The translations under genes and the position numbers were made by a program. A stretch of 64,000 nucleotides of DNA from Tubulanus polymorphus (Eukaryota > Animalia > Nemertea). The DNA lies in contig NC_134031.1 of assembly GCF_964204645.1 (NCBI RefSeq), forward strand, positions 930,001 to 994,000, in the 5' to 3' direction. Shown here in pieces: positions 30,572 to 41,648 of the stretch; positions within the stretch are counted from its first letter, which is position 1, and every line of letters begins with the position of its first letter. The notes under the pieces are model-generated. The model was not told the DNA's origin and ran no database searches. It saw only the letters and a list, made by a program, of their open reading frames with translations.

Positions 30572-33500
30572 TGAGATTATCGCAAAAATTAAATCCCAAA
30601 TGTAGAATATGAATTAAGAAAGCGTTTGCCATCTATTTGATGGGTTTTTGTAGGAAAATTGTGTGTCATGTCGGTAGTATAATCTAGAATATTGTTCGTT
30701 CGCTTTTGCTACTCTCCAATTCTATGAAACAAAGAAATTGTTCCCTATGTTTTACAATCGGAAAATGTGGGCCAATAAGTTGTAGAATGAGATAAATATT
30801 GATCATACGTAGAATATGCATCAGACGCATTTTTTTCGTAGGATGAAAAAGTTATCGTATCATGTGTTACTGTTGAAACACTTCTGAATCGAAGCCCGCA
30901 TGTGCGGATGGTGCCAGCGTTAAGCTGGTAATTATTTGGCATCATCGACTGCTGGACGCTTCCTTCAAATTATTCAGCGAAAACATAAGACATACTAAAA
31001 CATATACGTTGACTATTACACCATTTTGGTACACGTACCACATCGTGGTATTCATTGATTACGAGGGGTATATATACGGTAACAGATGGCCGATAAGCGC
31101 CATGAAAATATTACCAGACAGTTCCTTTTTTGGATTGAGTCACCATTTAAATAATTCATGTTCTGACAAAATAATTCAGGTATTATAGAAAAAATTTCCA
31201 TCGAAAAATAATCCTGAAAAATAGTTGTGCTTAAAGTACGGATGTCGTTTTTGTCTTATGGTCGATATGATCTACATTTATAGTCTATTTTTTGTCCGGG
31301 ATCGATGTTTTAGATATTTCGTGCGACATTGTCTCAAATTAGTTAATAGGACCGAAACTGCACAGTCTGGAAAAAAACCATCGTTCTTATATCTATTACT
31401 AAAGGATTTGCCAAAAAGTCGTTTAGACTTTAGTCCTATGCCATTACCGTCAAAGTAATTAGGTAAAAGCGTCAGTACCACCAAAAAAACCGTAAACAGA
31501 AATGGCAAAGTGTTTCTTGAGGTCTCCGCCGCAGACCGTAAGGTTGTTGACTGGCCATCCTCAAACTCCCCAAACGCGCTGGCACAATGTCAACCCGGCC
31601 AACCCAGGTTGAATTTATACGATATCAACTACTACTGGTAACCTTTTTGAATGGAGACCACTCAATGGTTCCAGAATGATTCCTTATTGCACGTTTATAG
31701 GTAATGGATTTTGGTGATTTGATAGGTGTTCAATATTGAATGCACTTGTCACCACACCAGTAAAATAGACCGATATTTTTATGGGAACTTTTTTTTACTT
31801 TTTTTTTCCCAGGTAAGCATTTAGGGGGTTCAGGGGATTTAAACTTGCTTCATTAATATTTCATTCTGAAAACCGCTTATGATTTACGGACCAACCGACT
31901 ATAACTGATAGAGTTTTATGGGTAGATATTAATTGTTCTGAAGCTAATAACAAACTCAGGTAAGGGCATAAGCTTTATGTGAAAAGATAAAAAAACTCGT
32001 CGTTGATCAAATCAAATTTCTACGATAAGAGGTAAGGAATAGAAGCTGTCAATTTTAAGATGTTTCCAAATTGTCGGCGCGGTCTTCATTTTAAAAGCCG
32101 TTTTCGAGGAATGAGTATAAAGTGTATGAAATTTGTGTAACATGACATCCGCCCTCGACAGGGATTCGAACCTGATGGCATCGCTTAGGCCACGTCCTTC
32201 GGTTTTCTAAATTAGTCGAACTAAACGAAACCGAATGTCCGATAGTCGGAACTATATTCTGGAAATAGTTCGAAAATCAAGCACATTCGTTTATTAGTTC
32301 CGACCAATAGTCGACTAGATACGAAAACCGAATTTGGCCCTGACCGCACGAAAACCTGCGGCACCAATCAGATTGCTCGTTGTATAACCGCTGAGGTAAA
32401 TTCCACGGAAGAACTATGAATGGGAAAACCCGAGCCTAAATGAAACGGCATATCTGATAGGCTAATAATGACATCATCTAAGCTGCGCCTGTAGCTGCGC
32501 ACTCGGTTTAGTGTGGCAGGGTTCTGTACCATGGCAATCTCGATGCCATCAGGTTCGAATCCCTGCCGGGGGATGGTTACATGATGGCTCTTAACGCTGT
32601 AAGTAAAATTGACTCGAGAACCGAAAAGAAATCTGACATCGCCGCGATCACACGATTCGAACCGGGTCAAACTGGCCCGAAGTAGGTTCATCCTCCCCCG
32701 GCAGGGATTCGAACCTGATGGCATCGAGATTGCCACGGCACGTGCCGTGGATGGGTGTAGCGATGCCATCAGGTTCGAGTCCCTGCAGAGGGAGGATGAA
32801 GTAGGTTATACATGAGGCAAGTCTTACTTGTGGAGACCACACTATCCAAATAATCACAAGATTAATAAATCCTTTTAAAAACTCACCTCACTTAATTGTA
32901 TAAGTTAACCAACTTCAGATGCCCCTTCGTGGTATCCCGCCTTGAATATTTCCAACTTCGATTCCCTTCCATCATTTCTAGATGGCGTTACTACCTATTC
33001 ATAACATAACACTCCTAATAACTTTTTCTCCAAATATGTTGTAACTTTACCATTTTACACTATTCGTATTTTACGAAAGAAAATATAGTGCAAGGATTAA
33101 ATCAACAATAGTTTGATACTGCTACAGTTACGTTTATAATACAGCAGCTAAAACTTCTAATTTGCTTTCAGGATGTTTACCAAAACTCTGTTCATCGCTT
33201 TGGCCTTGTTTATGGTGGTTGGAGCTGTCGCGGCAACTGAAAAAGGTATTTTGTTAGGTTTGTAACACTGAGATTCTATTTTTTTCTTTTTTTCTAAGGC
33301 GTTTTATCTATTTACAGAAATTCATATTGCAAAGAGGAAGTCGTGTGTGTGTCATGGGCGAATGGCTACATATTGGTTTGCGAGTTTTAATCCGGATTGT
33401 TGTCCTGCCTTCATGGGAAAATGTTGTATTAATTAAGATTTGGTTTCTGATATTTCGCAATTTGATGTAAATCAATCAGTATTCTAGTCAAATAGAAAAC

Positions 33501-33573
33501 AGATACAGATGTAATGTAAGACCACTTTTCTAAAGTTTTGCATTTTTTTCAGGCCATTTGGGGCATTAACACA
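30572..33573 (+). repeat. Segmental duplicate, copy 1 (paralog at 37093-39353)
   Basis: Both copies start TGAGATTATCGCAAAAATTAAATC and end GGGCATTAACACA; colinear and highly similar; copy 2 lacks most of ~32306-32940. Confidence 0.93.
33173..33436 (+). CDS. Secreted Cys-rich peptide precursor, APETx/BDS-like (beta-defensin-fold toxin/antimicrobial-like); exons 33173-33245 and 33318-33436
   Basis: Spliced product (63 aa): MFTKTLFIALALFMVVGAVAA-TEKEIHIAKR-KSCVCHGRMATYWFASFNPDCCPAFMGKCCIN*. Signal peptide, short propeptide ending in KR, 32-aa mature peptide with 6 Cys; 72-nt phase-1 GT-AG intron; acceptor (ttgctttcag) just before the ATG. Confidence 0.88.
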
Positions 33574-34337
33574 ACCAGGCCAACCCTAGGAGGTTTCTTC
33601 TATACTTCAGTACCTTCAGTCAAGTTGATCATTATTTCCACTTCTTGGGACTATATTGTTTGTTTCAATTACTCAAAATAACCCCCTTTTCTAATGTAGT
33701 AAATTAAAGTCGAAATCGTTCAAATCACGATATGTTTCATGTCGATAACAAAGAGTCACACGGTGAAGCGCCGCGTTCGCACAACGATTCAATTTCATCA
33801 CCGCGGATTTGCGGCCGGGTACCGCGCGCGCTTTCCCTTACAAGTCACGCACAACGTTTGAGAATTTGCTGCACGCAGATGTAACTGGTACTCTGGGCAC
33901 TGCTGGTGAAGCTGCTTCCAATATAAATAGATATTTTTTGTGGAAAGTGGGACAAGAAAAGATACTTTTATATTTTACGATATGGAAAATGTCTCGGAAT
34001 CGCGGTGACGACCAACGTTCGCCAGTTTTGGTGATTAATTCGGATTTCAGAAATTGGTGAAAATAATGATAAAAGCATCGACTAAATAATCTTGATTCAT
34101 TGCGCTTCAAGACCCCGTTTAAGAATTAGAATGAAAACTATGTTCTACTGTCACCCTTCAAAACTGAGAATAAAGATGGCTGCAGGGAATGGGCCGTCGT
34201 TACACGGTGAAAAATGCTAACTCTAGGTGTGGCCTCTCTGGTTGTTTATAGCAACCCTATGATTGTTCTATTTATGAGAATAAGCTGGATTCGAACCCTC
34301 GATTCCAGGTCAGATTCTATCATCTTACAATACTTAG

Positions 34338-34720
34338 GTCAAATATGATGTTTTGACATTTGGCATTTTATGTTGAATTCAAACATCAATTTGATGTTTA
34401 GTTGATAGTTTGAAGGGTCACTTGGTAAATAATGATGTAAATATACTTTAATTTTAACCACTATACTTTTATGCCATGGCATAGACTATCAATTTAATGA
34501 AACATCGAATGTATATCCGTCAACGTTTCATATTTAACCCGTCAGAACTGAAAGATCGGAATCCATAATAACAGCCGCTTTCTCGTTCCTATCAGAACTG
34601 ATATCGTTATCATGGATGAAAGTCAAAACATCATATTTACCAAGTGACCCTTCAAACTATCAACTAAACATCAAATCGATGCTTCAATTTTATATAAAAT
34701 GTCAAAACATCATATTTGAC
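34338..34720. mobile_element. MITE-like element with ~100-bp terminal inverted repeats
   Basis: GTCAAATATGATGTTTTGACATTT...GTTTGAAGGGTCACTTGGTAAAT is mirrored by ATTTACCAAGTGACCCTTCAAAC...AAATGTCAAAACATCATATTTGAC. Confidence 0.75.
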
Positions 34721-35260
34721 GCGTCTTTAACATGACTGCTTTATCCTTGAAAAGCCTTATTATTGTCTTCTGGACTCCAGCTTTCCAATTTTCCTAGATC
34801 CGCCCGTTTTGACGGGTAGATTTTCATAGCTAGATAAGATATATATTTCAATTTGACAGTATAACTATTTCTTGTGCCATTTCAGCAACACAAGTTACGG
34901 TTAACCTCAATACGGCTTTTATAAAAAAAACACATTTCAGAAATAATGATATTCCCATTCCGTGGTTTTAGAATCAAGGCCAAGGTATATACTTGCGACG
35001 ATTCTTGTAAGACACTCACATGAGAAAAGTTAGGAGATATTAAACTCAATGTTGCAGTAATCCAAAACCCCGGCCCCGTGGTTTGTGCAAATTTCAGAGT
35101 GAATTTATTATGCAACTTGGTAGAAAGTCACGCACGCAGTGACGTTATTGCATCTACCGCACGCAGACTTATGTAATTGAAGAGCGCTTTTTCAAATGTT
35201 GGATCATCTTCTTATGGCAAGTTGTGTGTTTGTGTACGAACTACAGTTGTTTGTGACGAA

Positions 35261-36400
35261 ATGGAAAATGCCACAGTATCATTCGATGTAACAGTAACGG
35301 GCAGTTTGAATCAATCGTACTCTGTGACGACCACTACGGAAGGAGGGTTTAAACCGCGTCCTGGCTGTAAATTTGTGACCCATTCCGACTTTAAACCGTT
35401 TCATATTAATCTGTTTTTACGAATCATGATTTACACTTGTTTTAGTTTTTCTGTTTTTGGTGTATTCGGAAATGTACTGTCTTTTATTATTCTCAGTAAA
35501 GAACGTTCAACAAATACGAGTATATTCTACTTGAGATGTTTGGCTGTTGCTGACACAAGTCTTTGTTTATCGTATGTTCTTGTAGACTTTCACTATCAAT
35601 TGTATTACAATACGATGTTATTGGACATGACTGCTGAGATAAACCATTTTCTGAAGCGTATGTACTCATACACGAGAGGTTTTCAACCAATAATTTCTAC
35701 AATTGGAGATATGATAACGTTTCTGATAGCTATAGACAGATATATCGTCGTTTGTTGGCCTCTGAAAGCGGCTCGAATCATTACCTTAAAGAGGGGTTAT
35801 ATCTATGTAACGATCATTTCATTTGGCTTTTTCTGTGATGGAATAAAAAGTTTCTTCAAATATTGGACAAGAAAATCCATAAATCCCTGTACTGGATATG
35901 AGAGCTGGGCCCAAAAATTGACTCCATTTGCAAAAAATGTTTATTACAGATATTACGAGACTTTGTTGCGTGCTCCACTAGTTGTAGTCATCCCGACAGT
36001 GTTAGTGATTTTGATAACTATTCGATTGATTTTCACGTTGAGACGCGCAGGAGCAGCGAGAAAAACCATGTCTGCAAATAATCAAACCACCATCAGTAGC
36101 AGCAGCAGCAACAGTACCGAACGTGGCTTAACACTAACTTTGATAATCATTTCGTGTTTTTATTTATCAAAACAGACATTTTATTTGAGAGCTATTGTAC
36201 TTAATTTAACTCGAGCTATCAATGGAACTGTCGGTAGAATTAGCAGTAAAAGTTACCTAGTATTGATGAATTCATTTGAGAAATTGCTGAAAATGATCGT
36301 AGCATCGACTAACTTTTTCATTTACTGCGTTACGAGACGTCGGTTCAGGGTGAAACTTAAAACTATGTTCCGTTGCTGCCAACAAAAAGATGAAAAATAA
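35261..36400 (+). CDS. Intronless class A GPCR, FMRFamide/peptide-receptor-like orphan
   Basis: Seven hydrophobic segments; GN in TM1, LAVAD in TM2, AIDRYIVVCWPLKA, TM7 NFFIY; N-glycosylation sites in the N-terminus; likely start ATG at 35261 (MENATV). Confidence 0.9.
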   Translation: MENATVSFDVTVTGSLNQSYSVTTTTEGGFKPRPGCKFVTHSDFKPFHINLFLRIMIYTCFSFSVFGVFGNVLSFIILSKERSTNTSIFYLRCLAVADTSLCLSYVLVDFHYQLYYNTMLLDMTAEINHFLKRMYSYTRGFQPIISTIGDMITFLIAIDRYIVVCWPLKAARIITLKRGYIYVTIISFGFFCDGIKSFFKYWTRKSINPCTGYESWAQKLTPFAKNVYYRYYETLLRAPLVVVIPTVLVILITIRLIFTLRRAGAARKTMSANNQTTISSSSSNSTERGLTLTLIIISCFYLSKQTFYLRAIVLNLTRAINGTVGRISSKSYLVLMNSFEKLLKMIVASTNFFIYCVTRRRFRVKLKTMFRCCQQKDEK

Positions 36401-36802
36401 CAATTTCACATATTAACAGTTAGGCCTGGGCTGTGAATCGGACCGGAAAAAAACTTGATTAGGGCCATGAAATCTTTTTCATACAATACAATGTATTTGC
36501 GTAACAAATTCACTGTTTAGATTTTTTCAAGTAAATTGTACAAATGAAAATGCCTGCATAGTCTTAATATTGTTTCGATGACTTTAGAACTTTCTCCGGC
36601 CCGACCGGTCTGCCGGGCCGCTGGTAATATTTCAATAATTAGTTCAGAGATTTGCCGCCAATCCTTAGCAGAGGGGCAGCACGTGCTAGGCAAAATCTGA
36701 TACAGCTCGACATTCTTACTGTGGCATGCGAGTGATTCAGTCAGGCACTATCAGACAGCTTTCCACACTGGATCTTAATTAGCGCGCAGAGCTGGCTATA
36801 TT

Positions 36803-36960
36803 AATCACAGGGACTTGTCACAATTGATAGTGAATGAATAAAACCAATATCAATGACCAGGTCCACTATCCCTGTATAATCTAAAAACATACAGTTGCAG
36901 GGATACTGGTACCCCCATCATTGGTCTCATCCATTATCAATCGTGACAAGTCCCTGTGAT
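36803..36960. mobile_element. MITE-like inverted-repeat element; related copy at ~26665-26782
   Basis: ATCACAGGGACTTGTCACAATTGAT is mirrored by ATCAATCGTGACAAGTCCCTGTGAT, with inner TATCCCT/AGGGATA arms in both copies. Confidence 0.65.
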
Positions 36961-37092
36961 ATTAATTAGACAGTTTGTTAATTAGACGTGACTCGTGTTG
37001 ACAGTCACTGATAATTGAGGAGTATTTGTTAAAAGACTGTCAGGGTCTCACTGATTGCTGCTGCTAGGCTCATCGGTCGATCTAGGTTCAGG

Positions 37093-39353
37093 TGAGATTA
37101 TCGCAAAAATTAAATCAAAATGTAGAATATGAATTAAGAAAGCGTTTGCCATCTATTTGATGGGTTTTTGGCGGAAAATTGTTTGTCATATCGGTAGTAT
37201 AATCTAGAATATAGAATATGTACGCTTTTGCTACTCTCCAATTCTATGAAACAAAGAAATTGTTTTTCAATCGGAAAATGTGGGCTTATAAGTTGTAGAC
37301 TAATAAATATTGATCATACGTAGAATATGCATCAGACGCATTTTTTTCGTAGGATGAAAAAGTTACGTATCGTATCATGTGTTACTGTTGAAACACTTCT
37401 GAATCGAAGCACGCATGCGCGGATGGTGCCAGCGTTAAGCTGGTAATTAATTGGCATCATCGACTGCTGGACGCTTCCTTCAAATTATTCAGCGAAAACA
37501 TAAGACATACTAAAACATATACGTTGACTATTAGTTACCATTTTTATATACGTACCACATCATGGTATTCTGATTACGAGGGGTATATATACGGTAACAG
37601 ATGGCCGATAAGCGCCATGAAAATATTACCAGACAGTTCCTTTTTTGGATTGAGTCACCATTAAAATAATTCATGCTCTGACAAAATAATTCTGGTATTA
37701 TAGAAAAAAGTTCCATCGAAAAATATTCCTGAATGTACAGAGATGTCGTTTTTGTCTTATGGTCGATATGATCTACATTTATAGTCTATTTTTTGTCCGG
37801 GATCGATGTTTTTAGATATTTCGTGCGACATTGTCTCAAATTAGTTAATAAGACCGAAACTGCACAGTCTGGAAAAAAAACCATCGTTCTTATATCTATT
37901 ACTAAAGGATTTGCCAAAAAGTCGTTTAGACTTTAGTCCTATGCCATTGCCGTCAAAATAATTAGGTAAAAGCGTCAGTACGACCAAAAAACCGTAAACA
38001 GAAATGGAAAAGTGTTTTTTAAGTTCTCCATATCGGTTGTTGACTGGTCCATCCTCAAACTCCCCAAACACGCTGGCACAATGTCAACCCGGCCAACCCA
38101 GGTCGAATTTATACGATATCAACTACTGGTATCAACTACTGCACCTTTATAGGTAAAGGATTTTGAATGCACTTGTCACCACACCAGTAAAATGGATTTT
38201 AAGGGAACTGTTTTGCTGGTTCCCAGGCCAGTATTTAGGGGGTTCTGGGGATTTAAACTTGCTTCATTAATATTTCATTCTGAAAACCGCTAATGATTTA
38301 CGGACCAACCGACTATAACTGATAGAGTTTTATGGGTAGATTATTGTTCTAAAGCTAATAACAAACTCAGGTAAGGGCATAAGCTTTAGGTGAACAGATA
38401 GAAAAACTCGTCGTTGATCAAATCAAATTTCTACGATAAGAGGTAAGGAATAGAAGCTGTCAATTTTAAGATGTTTTCAAATTGTCGGTCTTCATTTTAA
38501 AAGCCGTTTTCAAGGAATGAGTATATATAAAGTGTATGAAATGCGTGTAACATGACATCCGCCCTCGATTGGGATTCGAACCTGATTGCATCGCTTAGGC
38601 CACGTCCTTCGGTTTTCTAAATTAGTCGAACTAAACGAAACCGACGGAACTATCTTCCGGAAATAGTTCGAAAATCAAGCACATTCGTTTATTAGTTCCG
38701 ACCACTACATGATGGCTACATGATGGCTCTGAACATTTCACCATCTTCGATTCCCGTCCATCATTTCTAGCTGGCGTTACCTATTCATAACATAACACTC
38801 CTAATAACTTTTTCTCCAAATATGTTGTTACTTTACCATTTTATACTATTCGTATTTTTTACGAAAGAAAATATAGTGCAAGGATTAAATCAACAATAGT
38901 TTGATACTGCTACAGTTATGTTTATAATACAGCGGCTAAAACTTCTAATTCGCTTTCAGGATGTTAACCAAAACTCTGTTCATCGCCTTGGCCTTGTTTA
39001 TGGTGGTTGGAGCTGTCGCGGCAACTGAAAAAGGTATTTTGTTAGGTTTGTAACACTGAGATTCTATTTTTTTTCTAAGGCGTTTTATCTATTTACAGTA
39101 ATTCATATTGCAAAGAGGAAGTCGTGTGTGTGTCATGGGCGAACGGCTACATGTTGGTTTGCGAGTTATAAATCCGGATTGTTTTCCTGCCTTCATGGGA
39201 AAGTGTTGTATTAATTAAGATTTGGTTTCTGATATTTCGCATTTGATGTAAATCAATCAGTATTCTAGTCAAATAGAAAACAGATACAGATGTAGTGTAA
39301 GACCACTTTTCTAAAGTTTTGCATTTTTTCAGCCCATTTGGGGCATTAACACA
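37093..39353 (+). repeat. Segmental duplicate, copy 2
   Basis: Colinear high-identity match to 30572-33573 with internal deletions. Confidence 0.93.
38961..39214 (+). pseudogene. Frameshifted paralog of the APETx-like peptide gene (exons 38961-39033, 39099-39214)
   Basis: Signal peptide, KR site and splice sites intact, but a +1 insertion (agttttaatccg to agttataaatccg) gives mature KSCVCHGRTATCWFASYKSGLFSCLHGKVLY*, losing both CC pairs. Confidence 0.75.
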
Positions 39354-39989
39354 GCGGGCCATCGAGTCCACTTTTCTTCCGTCCGCCTGTAGTGGTTCTA
39401 TAGTTTGTAACTCAATGAGTCGAGAAGAAAACATCATTTGCGTTAGCCGTGCTTTACTTCCTATACTTGCTTAATGGACTATGAATTTGGAACCCTTAAC
39501 TTGTATGAATCTTCGAACTGATGAAGGCAGTCGTTATATGGAAGATGCATGGTTGCCGACTTCAAAATAGACCTTCTACAAAAGGCCTCAAACTACTGAA
39601 AAATCAATTCTGACTTCGGAGTACGAAAGAGAAAAACGAAAAAGTATATAATTTCTTAATGGCATTATTCGTCCTTGAATTGGTATTCCTTTCACGAATC
39701 GCTTGCGGACTTCTGGCTGCCAGCTTGGGAACGACTCATCAACGTTTCCGTCGTAAAATAACACCGGGATTCACTGCAGCACCTGATTGTTCTAACAATT
39801 ACCTTAATGTTATGTTTTAAGAAAATGTCTTAATTTTTCTCTAAAAATATTTGTGAACAAAATTATTTTCCCCTCCACATACGATGGAAATGGTAGGAGG
39901 GTAACAAAATTATCTTGTCGACCTGATACCCTTAACGCCGTATGGCATATATCGGCGCCTTGATAGTTTTGATGAAGTCCGTCAGACGG

Positions 39990-41476
39990 CGTAGGGTCAT
40001 TTATAGAAAAGCTGAATTCGGACTGCGATCATGATCTTGACACCCTGTTAAATCTATTTATTATTCTGTATGCAGATGACACAGTTATCTTAGCTGAGGA
40101 TGAAAATTCACTGCAGTCGCAGCTGGATACTTTGTATGCATATTGTTTAGAAAACGATTTAACGGTTAATATCGATAAAACTAAAGTTTTAATTTTTGCA
40201 AGAAGTAAATGTAGGATCAAGATAGATACAAAGTTTATGTTTGGCACAGATGAGATTGAGATCGTTGAGGACTATCTATACCTGGGAGTTAAGTTCAATT
40301 GGAATGGCAGCTTCGCCAAAGCAAAAAAATATCTATATGACAAGGCAATGAGAGCAATGTTCTCGGTAATACAAAAAGGCAGACGCTTGAAGCTCCCGAT
40401 AGATGTTTTGCTGAAACTATTCGATATGTGCGTCGCACCCGTTGCGTTATATGGTTGTGAGATATGGGGCTTTGAAAGCCTCGATTTATTAGAGAGTCTG
40501 CACTGTACGTTTTGCAAAATTATTATGAAAGTGTCAAAATATTCGCACAACCTGCAGGTATTAGCTGAACTTGGGCGCTACCCCATGAGTATCGAGGTAA
40601 AACGGAGGATGGTAAACTTTTGGCTTAAAACTGTTACCGGCAAAGAATCAAAACTTAATGCAATCCTGTACCGTATATCCCTCAATCTGTATGTACGCGA
40701 AAAACACAAATCCCCTTGGTTATTGTATGTAAAGAAAATATTTGACGACATTGGCTTATCTTACATATGGTTACAGCAATACACGGAAAATTATAAAACG
40801 CTCTCCAAGTACGTGAAACAAGTCCTCCGTGACCAACACGTACAAGAAATGCTTCAAAAAGTGAATGACGATCAGCAGTATGTTAATTTCAAACTATATA
40901 AGAACGATGTTAGGCTTGAAAAATATATAACTCAACTTGACGGAAGTCTTGTGCATAGCTTATTCGAATTCAGAATTGGTTCCTATTTATTACCGGTAAA
41001 TAATCGATCGAACGCTCATATAGACCGAAGTGAAAGACTGTGCCCTGCCTGTAACACCGTAGGAGATGAGCTTCACTTCATTTATGACTGCACTTTGCTA
41101 AGCGATCTGCGTGATAATTCCATCCATTTAAGTATGTCCAGAAACTTGGAAATATTAAGGAATCCTACCCCACAACTAGCTAAATTTATCCAGTTAGGTT
41201 TAAGTTTATACAAATCCCTCCAGTGAATTGTGTATATACGTGTGATATATCTTGCTGTATATAATTCAATCTCTGTACTTGCTTTGTTTGTAAATAGTTT
41301 TATTACTGAAAGTTTGATTTTAAATTTTGTTAATTCCTATTTTGTTTTGTATATATGTATATAATTCTGTTCATGTTTTGTAAATTTTTATATTCCATAT
41401 TTTGTATTCAATCTTGCCTCCACGTACCATTCTTATGGTTGGAGTGAAATAAATATCTTATCTTATCTTATCTTAT
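39990..41476 (+). mobile_element. 5'-truncated non-LTR retrotransposon (RTE-X/CR1-group-like): RT C-terminal half, CCHC finger, 3' UTR, microsatellite tail
   Basis: Frame is open upstream of the listed ORF and gives LYADDTVILAE; then KTKVLIF, YLYLG, YGCEIWG, ELGRYP, RLCPACNTVGDELHFIYDC; stop at 41226; AATAAA at 41448 followed by (TCTTA)4. The 5' boundary is approximate. Confidence 0.9.
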
Positions 41477-41648
41477 AACGTTAACTCGATGAGATAAACC
41501 TGTGTCAGCCGTCGTCTCGTGGTGAATTAATTTTGAAGCGAATAGAAAATACAATTAGCATCAAACAAGTTAAATTGTATCGCGGATGTACAAACTCTAG
41601 TTTTATTACGTTTCATGATTATTACGAACCATCAGATAATTTCGTACC

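Noticed and set aside
32533-32800. tRNA genes
   Set aside because: Only T-loop/B-box motifs; no D-arm, anticodon arm or acceptor stem could be built.
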